Shown one piece after another: positions 14,649 to 21,856 of a stretch of DNA of 32,000 bases; the first letter of the stretch is position 1, and every line of letters begins with the position of its first letter. A program made the position numbers and the translations under genes. Source of the stretch: Candidatus Saccharimonadota bacterium (GTDB lineage: Bacteria; Patescibacteriota; Saccharimonadia; Saccharimonadales; UBA4665); contig OY970322.1 of the NCBI GenBank assembly GCA_963716945.1, forward strand, positions 1 to 32,000, given 5' to 3'. Below the pieces are notes generated by a model. That model did not search any database. It had not been told where the DNA came from and saw nothing but the letters and a program-made list of their open reading frames with translations.

Positions 14649-15559
14649 TGCGCCTCCAGCGTGGTCAGGTCGGCTGATTGGCCGCTGACGGCGTGAACCA
14701 GGATGAAGATGTTTTCGCCCGGGCCGGCCTGGTGCAGCACTGCGGCTTCGACCACGGCTACGCCTTGGGCTTTGTCGGAAGTGTTGACGATATAGGCCGG
14801 GCTGCCGGCGAAGCTGCCGGCCGTTTCGCTATCGATAGTGAAATCGGGCAAGTTGCTTTGTACGTCTTTCTCGAGTGCCGATTTGAACACCCCTTCGTAG
14901 TCCTGGCTATTTACCGTTTGGGAGGTGTCGGCATAAACCTTGTAGGCGTTGGTCGAATTGCTGAGAGTCGGGCCGTTAAAGGCGCTCATGTCACAACTGT
15001 CGGCGCCGTTGCTGACATTAAGCTGGTTGACGAAACCGGCCGAATAACAGGGGGTGGAAACGTCGGAAGCGGCTACCGACGGGGCGCTGATGCCGGGCTT
15101 GGCCGGCGTCCCGTTTTGGCTGAAGCGCGGATCGTGCCGAACGGCGTAAGTCCAGACGGCCAGACTGGCTAGGATTGCCAGGCTGGAAAAAACCAGGCCG
15201 GCCGTACTAAGCCCGCGCTTCGGTCCGGTACGCGACATGGTGCCCATGATGAGGCCCGCGGTGCCTAACACCAGGCCGATCAGCGCCAAAAACAGCGCGC
15301 CGGCAATCCCGGCAATGCCGAAAATCACCGCCAGCAGCGCTTTGGTCTCGCCGGCGTGCTGGGCAGGCTTGGCTAGGGCATAGCTCGGGATGGCGGCAGT
15401 ACCGTTGCCGGCGGCGGCAAGCGGCCCCGGAGGAGGAGCAGGCGGTTCGGGTGCCCGGTCATTAACTACCTGGGCAATCGGCGATTGCAAGGCCTGGCCG
15501 CAGTTACCGCAAAAAGCGGCGCCGTCCTCGGTGGCTTGGTGGCAGTTTGGGCAAGTCAT
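14633..15559 (-). CDS. zinc-ribbon membrane protein: N-terminal CxxC-x10-CxxC, Pro-rich linker, 3 TM helices (DUF4190-like), ~170-aa ectodomain
   Basis: MTCPNCHQATEDGAAFCGNCG, then PEPPAPPPGP. TM helices LLAVIFGIAGIAGALFLALIGLVLGTAGLIMG and LVFSSLAILASLAVWTY. The external domain contains Cys residues. Confidence 0.75.
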   Translation of the reverse strand: MTCPNCHQATEDGAAFCGNCGQALQSPIAQVVNDRAPEPPAPPPGPLAAAGNGTAAIPSYALAKPAQHAGETKALLAVIFGIAGIAGALFLALIGLVLGTAGLIMGTMSRTGPKRGLSTAGLVFSSLAILASLAVWTYAVRHDPRFSQNGTPAKPGISAPSVAASDVSTPCYSAGFVNQLNVSNGADSCDMSAFNGPTLSNSTNAYKVYADTSQTVNSQDYEGVFKSALEKDVQSNLPDFTIDSETAGSFAGSPAYIVNTSDKAQGVAVVEAAVLHQAGPGENIFILVHAVSGQSADLTTLEAQWQWK

Positions 15560-15592
15560 GGTCTTGGTTTTTTGTTGGAGTCTCAGGCCTAT

Positions 15593-16360
15593 TTAAGCAT
15601 TTTTACCGCAGTGCGTGCAATAAAGGTGGTGGCTCGGGTTGGGATAGCCGCAAGAGCGGCAAAAGTTGTTATGGCCGACCACGCTCAGCCCCAGATCCTG
15701 GTCATGCTCCTGGGCCCGCAAGAAAACCAGAAAAAGGCCGCCGGCCGTACCCAGCGTAATCATCAGCGAGCCCGTGGAATAGAGCGGCGAGCCCGATGAC
15801 AGTCCGAAGTCATACAAACCGTGCAGCACCATCAGCCCGGCCAGCGGTACCAGGACGCCGAACGGCGACTGCGCCGCCAGTTTGCGCTTAACCAGATAGT
15901 AGCCGACCAGGCCGGTCGTCGCGGCGTGGAAGAAGGGTGTCATCAGCAGCCGGACAGCTCCGGTTTTGGTACCGAACTGCAGAGTGTAGAGGATGTTTTC
16001 CGGCAGTCCGAAGCCGAGACCGGCCAGCGCAAAATAGATAACCCCGTCAGTATGTTCGTTGAAGTAAGGCCGTTTATAGAGCAGAAATGCCAGCGGCAAG
16101 AATTTGCAGCCTTCTTCAATCACGCCGATGCTCAGCGTAGTCGCCAGCAAAGTGCCGTAAGGGGTGCCCGGCAGCAGGTCGTTCACCGGTATCAGCCAGC
16201 CTTCGAGGAAGCTGGCTGCCACCGCGCCCGCCAGGCCCAGACCGAGCGCCAGCCACAAGATGCCAATCGGCTCTTTTTCGCCATGGTCGTGGGCGATCAG
16301 GAACCAGGACAAGGCTACGGCAACACCGATGAAGATTAGCAATAAAGCGAAGAGTAGCAT
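15593..16360 (-). CDS. PrsW-family intramembrane protease with a C-terminal zinc ribbon
   Basis: Polytopic membrane protein with PrsW-type motifs IEEGCKFLP, GLGFGLPENILY, FFHAATTG and LHGLYDF. The C-terminus is FCRSCGYPNPSHHLYCTHCG. Confidence 0.78.
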   Translation of the reverse strand: MLLFALLLIFIGVAVALSWFLIAHDHGEKEPIGILWLALGLGLAGAVAASFLEGWLIPVNDLLPGTPYGTLLATTLSIGVIEEGCKFLPLAFLLYKRPYFNEHTDGVIYFALAGLGFGLPENILYTLQFGTKTGAVRLLMTPFFHAATTGLVGYYLVKRKLAAQSPFGVLVPLAGLMVLHGLYDFGLSSGSPLYSTGSLMITLGTAGGLFLVFLRAQEHDQDLGLSVVGHNNFCRSCGYPNPSHHLYCTHCGKNA

Positions 16361-16389
16361 TTGCGATTTTTTATTTTTTGGGGTACGGC

Positions 16390-16398
16390 TATAGTATA
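16390..16398. promoter_or_regulatory. overlapping divergent -10 elements: TATAGT (+, tRNA-Arg) and TATACT (-, prsW-like) within CTATAGTATAC
   Basis: TATAGT is on the plus strand at 16390-16395, 23 nt before the tRNA. AGTATA at 16393-16398 reads TATACT on the minus strand, 32 nt before the ATG at 16360. Confidence 0.4.
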
Positions 16399-16418
16399 CA
16401 CTAGATTACGCGCCCCGT

Positions 16419-16495
16419 GCCCCGGTAGCTCAGCTGGATAGAGCAGAGGACTTCTAAGCCTAAGGTCGCAGGTTCGAATCCTGCCCGGGGTACCA
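16419..16495 (+). tRNA. tRNA-Arg (anticodon UCU), CCA encoded
   Basis: Acceptor GCCCCGG/CCGGGGT (G1.U72). D arm GCTC-AGCTGGATA-GAGC. Anticodon loop CTTCTAA. T arm GCAGG-TTCGAAT-CCTGC. The anticodon stem GAGGA/GCCTA has only 3 Watson-Crick pairs. Confidence 0.82.
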
Positions 16496-16498
16496 CTT
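16490..16498. repeat. direct repeat GTACCACTT, copy 1 (spans the tRNA-Arg 3' end)
   Basis: The identical 9-mer recurs at 17164-17172. The two copies bracket the AT-rich single-gene segment. Confidence 0.6.
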
Positions 16499-16503
16499 CA
16501 CTT

Positions 16504-17154
16504 ATGATCGAAGTCATTCATTATCAGAATGAAGCAATTGAAAAACCTCTTGAAGCGATTATTTCTGAGAGCTACAACGAGGTCTGCAAGCTATTGCCCA
16601 AATTACCTAAGAAAATCCGGATATATTTCGGTAATTACAGATTTGTTCCGGAGAGTGGCGTTGGTGGCTTCGCATATGCTCATGACATTATTACTATTTC
16701 GATTGACCCCGACTTTAAAGATAGAAAGAAGCAATCTGACGACATCCGTCCAACGGTTTTTCACGAATCCTTCCACATCTTTCAAAATTACACCGGTGAA
16801 AGCGGTCCTTTCTCGGCGATCGACAATGCAGTTTACGAAGGCATGGCGACTGTGTTTGAGCGGGAATATTGTGGCATATGGCAGCCGTATGGTGACTACA
16901 GAAAAACATCTGAAGAGAAGCTAAAAGGCTGGGTCAAAGATTTACGACAGCTAAGTCTTGAAGATTTTAAAAATACCTACAATGATTGGAAATTCTTTCA
17001 TCCAAAACTTAAAGAGCCTTGGATTGTTTATAAAGCCGGTACGTGGATGGCGGACGAGGTATTACGAAAATATAAACTCGGTATTTTAGACTTAAGCTCC
17101 AAAACAGCAGCCGAAGTACTGTGCCTGTATGACCAGCAAGGTTCTAGCCTCTGA
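16504..17154 (+). CDS. HExxH zinc-metalloprotease-like protein (DUF2268-like), cytoplasmic, AT-rich gene
   Basis: 216 aa with TVFHESFHIF (HExxH) and a downstream EGMATVFE. Four hand-counted 60-nt rows give 33-43% G+C, against 68% for one hand-counted row in the neighbouring prsW-like gene. Confidence 0.7.
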   Translation: MIEVIHYQNEAIEKPLEAIISESYNEVCKLLPKLPKKIRIYFGNYRFVPESGVGGFAYAHDIITISIDPDFKDRKKQSDDIRPTVFHESFHIFQNYTGESGPFSAIDNAVYEGMATVFEREYCGIWQPYGDYRKTSEEKLKGWVKDLRQLSLEDFKNTYNDWKFFHPKLKEPWIVYKAGTWMADEVLRKYKLGILDLSSKTAAEVLCLYDQQGSSL

Positions 17155-17163
17155 CAAGACGCC

Positions 17164-17172
17164 GTACCACTT
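17164..17172. repeat. direct repeat GTACCACTT, copy 2
   Basis: It lies in the 23-nt convergent gap between the metalloprotease-like gene and the cupredoxin-like gene. Confidence 0.6.
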
Positions 17173-17177
17173 ATAAC

Positions 17178-17705
17178 TTACTTAACCACCACCACACCCT
17201 TAAACCCGCTGCCCGGGTTAAGGTCGTCATGGTAGGTATAGGTACCGGCCTTGCTAAAGACGTAGTCATAGCTGCCGCCGGCAGCAATAGCCTGGCCTGA
17301 TTTAGGGTCGGGCGTATTGCCGGTAGGCTTAGGGTCATCCGAAGTAACGAAATGGGGCTTGCTGTCGCTATTGGTCCAGACCACGGCCTGGCCGGCCTTA
17401 ACTGAGACGGTAGCCGGGCTGAAACCGCTGCCGGTGATACTGACGGCGGCCGGGGGAGTGGTGGCGGGGAGCGGTTGGGCCGCTACCGCTGCCGCGCCGG
17501 AGCCGGGTGTGGTCGTTCTAAAGGCGTAGTAGCTAACCAGGGACATGAGGGCGATCAGGACCAGCAATCCGGTGGAGACAAACATGGCCCGCCTGATTGA
17601 ACTCATAGCCCTTGCTGACAAGTCGTCCGTCTGGGCGGCTGCGGCGGCTTGGCTCTGGTGCGGCGAATGTGCCTTGGGGTGTTTAGGCTCGGCTTCGTCA
17701 GACAT
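17178..17705 (-). CDS. membrane-anchored cupredoxin-like domain protein lacking the type-1 copper Cys/Met ligands
   Basis: TM helix, then FSPATVSVKAGQAVVWTNSDSKPHFVTSD...AGTYTYHDDLNPGSGFKGVVVVK. The fold signature is present, but His/Leu/Phe occupy the positions of the usual C..H....M. I prefer ATG 17705 (AAGGGA upstream, no overlap); the track start is 17756. Confidence 0.72.
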   Translation of the reverse strand: MSDEAEPKHPKAHSPHQSQAAAAAQTDDLSARAMSSIRRAMFVSTGLLVLIALMSLVSYYAFRTTTPGSGAAAVAAQPLPATTPPAAVSITGSGFSPATVSVKAGQAVVWTNSDSKPHFVTSDDPKPTGNTPDPKSGQAIAAGGSYDYVFSKAGTYTYHDDLNPGSGFKGVVVVK

Positions 17706-17727
17706 CGTAATGCTTAATCCCTTGAGT

Positions 17728-20250
17728 CTACGGTACCAAACTGATGTTCTCGACATTCAAGCCCGGTGGCAAAGAGATGTAGAAATGCTGCGACTGATAG
17801 CCGGCGGCCGTGTAGTAGTAGTTGTGCTTGATCCCAGGCTTGATATCCGACAGGGTGTAGTTGCCGTTAGCATCGGTACTGGCCGCAGCGGCACCGCCGC
17901 TAATCGTAGCCCGGCTGTCGGTGTAAACGTAGGCGTTGGCAATCGGGTTATGGGTAGTACTGTCGGTTACCGTTCCCTGCACCGTTATAGTAGTCGCGCT
18001 GGCGGGCGTGGTAGCGTTAGCCGAAGCCGAAGCGGCCGATAGGTTCTGAGCCGCATCTACCGCTTTGACATAGTAAACGTAGTTGGTGCCGGCATTCAGG
18101 CCTGTATCGCCATAACTGGTGGTAGTCGATGTCCCGACAAGGCTGGCGTTGCCGCCGCCGGTGCTGCGGTAGATCTTGTAACCGGTGACACCCACGTTGT
18201 CGGCGCTGGCGGTCCAGCTCAGATTAATCTGGGAACTGCTGGCGGCCGTAGCGCTCAAGCCGGTCGGCTGGGACGGGGGCGTAGTGTCGGCTGTAGGGGC
18301 GGACGGCCAGGTAACGCTAATTTCGTTAGCCCAGTTAGAGCCGGCCACCGCATTGCCGCTGGCGTCAAGCGGCAGGATGCCGTAATGGACGGTTTCGCCG
18401 GCCGCCGGTGCCGAGAAGCCGCAGTTGGAGGAAGCCGGCAAGCAGCTGGTGCCCCTGACGTGCGGCCAGGAATAGTCGGTATTGCGGGTAGTGGTGGGGT
18501 TGTGTACCTGGGCCACGACGTAGCTGCTGGCGCCCGGGTAGGCTGACCAGCTCAGGGTCTTGGTGGTAGCGTTCCAAGACAGGTTCTGAACGGAGGTAGG
18601 CGGTGGTGGCGTGGCGGCATTACTGACCGTCACCGTGACATTCGTGGCGGTCGTGGTAGTCGTGCCGGTGTTAGAGGCTACGGCTGTCAGGGTATGCGTG
18701 CCGTTGGCTACCTGGGAGGTGTCCCAACTGTAAGAATAGGGCGAAGCCGTGTCGGCCGAGCCGAGGTTATTGCCGTCCAGCTTGAACTGGACCGACGTAG
18801 CGTTAGAAGTCGTGGCAGTAATCGACGTGGTGCCCGAAACGGTGGCGTTGTTAGCCGGAGAACTGATGGAAATAGTCGGCGCCGGGATCGCAGCCTGGTT
18901 GTTGACGGTTACCGTGACGGTGCTGGAGGTGGTACTGCCGGCGCTGTTCGTGGCCACGGCGCTCAAGGTGTGGGTCCCGTTAGCCGCCGTGCTGGTGTCC
19001 CAACTGTAAGAATAGGGTGAAGCTGTGTCGGCCGAGCCGAGGTTATTGCCGTCCAGCTTGAACTGGACCGACGTAGCGTTGGTAGCAGCAGCGCTAATCG
19101 TAGTGACCCGTGAGACGCTGGCATTATTGGCCGGCGCAGATATCGATATGGTCGGTTTAGGCGGGGCGGTTTGGTTGTTGACGGTTACCGTGACGGTGCT
19201 GGAGGTGGTGCTGCCGGCGCTGTTCGTGGCCACGGCGCTCAGCGTGTGGGTCCCGTTAGTGGCTTGGGTCGTGTCCCAGCTTGTAGTAAACGGCGAGCTC
19301 GTGGCGGCCGAGCCGAGGTTGGCGCCGTCGAGTTTGAATTGGACGGAGCTGGTGCCGGAGCTGGCAGTCGCCGTGACGCTAGTGGTGCCGGAAACGGTGG
19401 CATTACCGGCCGGGGCACTTATGCTGACGGTCGGCGGCCTCTGAGCCGCGGCTACGGTTATGGTTTCCTGCGCGGTTGTCGTAAGCCCGGCCGAATCCGT
19501 CGCTTTGGCCGTCAGAGTATGGGTACCGGTGCTTACTTTCGTAGAGTCCCAGTTAACGCTATAAGGACTTGTAGTATCCGTGCCTACGGTAGTGCCGTCT
19601 ATGGCGAAAGCCACGCTTAGGCCGGTCGTACCGGAACTGCCGTCACTGGCGTTAGCGCTCAACGGCACGCTTGTGCCGCTAACCGTGGCGCCGCTGGCCG
19701 GCGACGTAATGCTGACCGTCGGCGGAGCCTGGCCGGTCGTACAGTTGCTGCCGTCGTTAGCCGGAGTGTTCGGATCATCAACCGGAGTACAGGTGGGGTC
19801 GCTTAAAAACAGCAGCTTGTCGACGCCGACGCCCGGCTCGCGGCCGGTCATGACGATTGTGTGGTTGCCGGCCGTCAAATTAGCCGTAATCAAAGAGCTG
19901 GTGCTGCCGTTCTGGTAGTTTACCCATGTCCAGCCGCTGGAGGAAATGCTGGAGCTGTCGCCGACGTCAATCGCACAACCGCCGTCAATTTGCAAATAGT
20001 AAGAATTGTTGGTGCTGTCCGCGGCCTGCATGCGGGTCCAAATCGAGTAGGTGCCGGCAGTCGTTACGTTAATCGTCTGGGTGTCAGTTCCCTGGTTCGG
20101 GTCGGGCGTATTAGCGCAGGCGGCTGACGCCAGCCCGGCGTTAAACAGGCTGGCAAACATCAAAACCGAGCAAGCGAACACGGCGGACAGCAGGCCTAAG
20201 CTAGTACGTTTTTGACCTGCATATGAAAGATTTATTTTTTTATAAAACAT
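17728..20250 (-). CDS. large secreted multidomain surface protein: CBM-like N-domain, 4 Ig-like repeats, 2 FN3-like domains, C-terminal CarboxypepD_reg-like domain
   Basis: Signal peptide. The N-domain has G-TYSIWTRM...YYLQIDGG...GWTWVN...LTAGNHTIVMTGRE. Four ~92-aa repeats (PTISISAP..VSG...VQFKLDGNNLGSADTASPYSYSWDTS..ANGTHTL.AVA). FN3 segment PTGLSATAASSSQINLSWTAS..VTGYKIYR. Tail ITVQGTVTDS...TDANGNYTLSDIKPG. Confidence 0.9.
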   Translation of the reverse strand: MFYKKINLSYAGQKRTSLGLLSAVFACSVLMFASLFNAGLASAACANTPDPNQGTDTQTINVTTAGTYSIWTRMQAADSTNNSYYLQIDGGCAIDVGDSSSISSSGWTWVNYQNGSTSSLITANLTAGNHTIVMTGREPGVGVDKLLFLSDPTCTPVDDPNTPANDGSNCTTGQAPPTVSITSPASGATVSGTSVPLSANASDGSSGTTGLSVAFAIDGTTVGTDTTSPYSVNWDSTKVSTGTHTLTAKATDSAGLTTTAQETITVAAAQRPPTVSISAPAGNATVSGTTSVTATASSGTSSVQFKLDGANLGSAATSSPFTTSWDTTQATNGTHTLSAVATNSAGSTTSSTVTVTVNNQTAPPKPTISISAPANNASVSRVTTISAAATNATSVQFKLDGNNLGSADTASPYSYSWDTSTAANGTHTLSAVATNSAGSTTSSTVTVTVNNQAAIPAPTISISSPANNATVSGTTSITATTSNATSVQFKLDGNNLGSADTASPYSYSWDTSQVANGTHTLTAVASNTGTTTTTATNVTVTVSNAATPPPPTSVQNLSWNATTKTLSWSAYPGASSYVVAQVHNPTTTRNTDYSWPHVRGTSCLPASSNCGFSAPAAGETVHYGILPLDASGNAVAGSNWANEISVTWPSAPTADTTPPSQPTGLSATAASSSQINLSWTASADNVGVTGYKIYRSTGGGNASLVGTSTTTSYGDTGLNAGTNYVYYVKAVDAAQNLSAASASANATTPASATTITVQGTVTDSTTHNPIANAYVYTDSRATISGGAAAASTDANGNYTLSDIKPGIKHNYYYTAAGYQSQHFYISLPPGLNVENISLVP
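18619..19725 (-). repeat. in-frame tandem coding repeat, 4 copies with a period of 273-276 bp (Ig-like domains)
   Basis: GTCCCA landmarks at 18721, 18997, 19273 and 19546. Copies 3 and 4 share near-identical blocks: 18721-18806 vs 18997-19082 has 2 mismatches, and 18897-18965 vs 19173-19241 has about 3. Confidence 0.9.
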
Positions 20251-20407
20251 CAGATATGTTTATGGCTATTCACTGGGAAGTATAACATAAGCAATTATTT
20301 TTCAAAATTTTTTGGCCGGGGCATGGGGCTTATAGATAACGTTAATGTTTACAGCTGCGGCAAGCTATTATAGAATCAGTGTGAAGCTTAGCTCCTAAGT
20401 TGTTGTT

Positions 20408-21697
20408 ATGAAATACAAAATACCCCTTAAACGCGAACATTGGCCCTTAGTCGGTTTTGTCACGGTCTTTGCCGTCATCGGCACTTTTCTCCTGTACAGC
20501 TCCCATGCCGCCACGCCTTATGTCAGCCTGAACGCCAGCAGCGGCACGCTGGGCGGCGGCGCCACGCTGCAAACCGACTCCAGCGCCAGCAGCGGCCAAT
20601 ATGTGAAGTTCGGTTCTGCATCAGGCGGTGGTAACAAAATGGTTGTCGGCTTAAACGCTGGCGGTAACGATACTGTCGCTCAAAATGTAGCGGGAGCGGT
20701 TAAATATGACCGGTTCGATACGGAAGAGTTTTTCCCGCAAGACATACTCGGCGGCCTCGAGTCCGCCGACGGACAAACCGGATCGCAGGTCAAGGGCCTT
20801 GCGAGTCTAGGCATAAAAGTAGATCTTTTATTTAGCGGACCTTACACCTATAACAACGGGGTTAGCACGCTGACGAATACTTCGGTAAAAGAGAGTAACG
20901 GTACCACTGTTGACGGTATTACTAATTGGGTCACAAACACCCTTAGCTATTACCAGCAGTATTGTAATCCTACGGAGTGCCCATCGCTGGAAGTTCTTAA
21001 TGAACCGGCGGGTTGGTGGTTCTGGGGCACGGGCTCAAGCCAGTCGGCGCTCGTTTCTGACTCAGCTAACGCCGATGATTACGCCAAGCTTGTTCAAGCG
21101 ACTTACGTAGCGTTTCATCAGGCCTACCCGACTAACGCGCCGCTTATCCTGGCGACCGTCGACGGCAGTAGCGGCGTGTCGTGGGGCAGTGAATGGTGGA
21201 ACTATGATTCCTCGGTTTTGGGCAACTCCAGCAGCTACGTGGATGGCGTGATAGTACACCCTTACGGTGGTAACGATACCCCTAGCCAGTCTAAACTAGG
21301 CAATCGTACACTGGTAACCAGCGCTAATACTACTTTCAACAAGCCCGTTTACGTCACCGAAGTAGGCTGGCCGACTGATACCTCGGGTGATACGCCTACG
21401 ACTACCAACGCTACCGGTGATAGCATGCAATGGCCCCAGGAAAACTGTCTTTCTTCTACGAACTGCTCGAGCGGTGCTAACCAAGGTGACCAATGTGACA
21501 ATGTTTATAACTTCATTAATTGGGCGCGCGGGACTAACTATGTTAACGGAGTGTACATCTTCGGCTACGAAGATTATGGTACCAACGATTTCTATGGCAT
21601 GTTCACTTCCGGAGGTACGGCCAAACCGGCTTATAACGCCTTGAAGGCTGCTGCCAATCTCCAGCCTAACCCCTGTCCGAATCCTATATCATACTAG
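20408..21697 (+). CDS. secreted clan GH-A-like glycoside hydrolase (GH5/GH39-type TIM barrel), family not assignable by eye
   Basis: Signal anchor. LEVLNEPAGWW (NEP acid/base-type motif), VHPYGG, VYVTEVGWP (nucleophile-type TE.G), plus an N-terminal ASSGTLGGGATLQTDSSASSGQYVKFGS segment. More A/T third positions than its neighbours. Confidence 0.65.
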   Translation: MKYKIPLKREHWPLVGFVTVFAVIGTFLLYSSHAATPYVSLNASSGTLGGGATLQTDSSASSGQYVKFGSASGGGNKMVVGLNAGGNDTVAQNVAGAVKYDRFDTEEFFPQDILGGLESADGQTGSQVKGLASLGIKVDLLFSGPYTYNNGVSTLTNTSVKESNGTTVDGITNWVTNTLSYYQQYCNPTECPSLEVLNEPAGWWFWGTGSSQSALVSDSANADDYAKLVQATYVAFHQAYPTNAPLILATVDGSSGVSWGSEWWNYDSSVLGNSSSYVDGVIVHPYGGNDTPSQSKLGNRTLVTSANTTFNKPVYVTEVGWPTDTSGDTPTTTNATGDSMQWPQENCLSSTNCSSGANQGDQCDNVYNFINWARGTNYVNGVYIFGYEDYGTNDFYGMFTSGGTAKPAYNALKAAANLQPNPCPNPISY

Positions 21698-21736
21698 AAA
21701 ATAATTTGAAGCTGGTTGTAGTCGGGCGACTTTTAA

Positions 21737-21754
21737 GCTATAATCACCTCTGTT
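21737..21754 (+). promoter_or_regulatory. tRNA promoter module GCTATAATCACCTCTGTT (tRNA-His)
   Basis: Identical 18-mer to 14189-14206. TATAAT at 21739-21744, and the tRNA starts 31 nt downstream. Confidence 0.55.
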
Positions 21755-21775
21755 TTCGGCAGCGGAGACGATCAT

Positions 21776-21853
21776 GGCGGGTGTAGCTCAGTTGGTTAGA
21801 GCGTCGGGTTGTGGTCCCGAAGGCCGTGGGTTCGAGCCCCATCACTCGCCCCA
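21776..21853 (+). tRNA. tRNA-His (anticodon GUG) with genome-encoded G-1, CCA encoded
   Basis: G-1 (21776) lies opposite C73. Acceptor GCGGGTG/CACTCGC. Anticodon arm TCGGG-TTGTGGT-CCCGA. T arm GTGGG-TTCGAGC-CCCAT. Confidence 0.92.
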
Positions 21854-21856
21854 TAT

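Noticed and set aside
18619-19725. Regularly spaced repeats that could suggest a CRISPR-like or satellite array.
   Set aside because: The period is 273-276 bp and in frame, and the repeats encode Ig-like domains of one long ORF. There is no short repeat/spacer structure and no cas genes.
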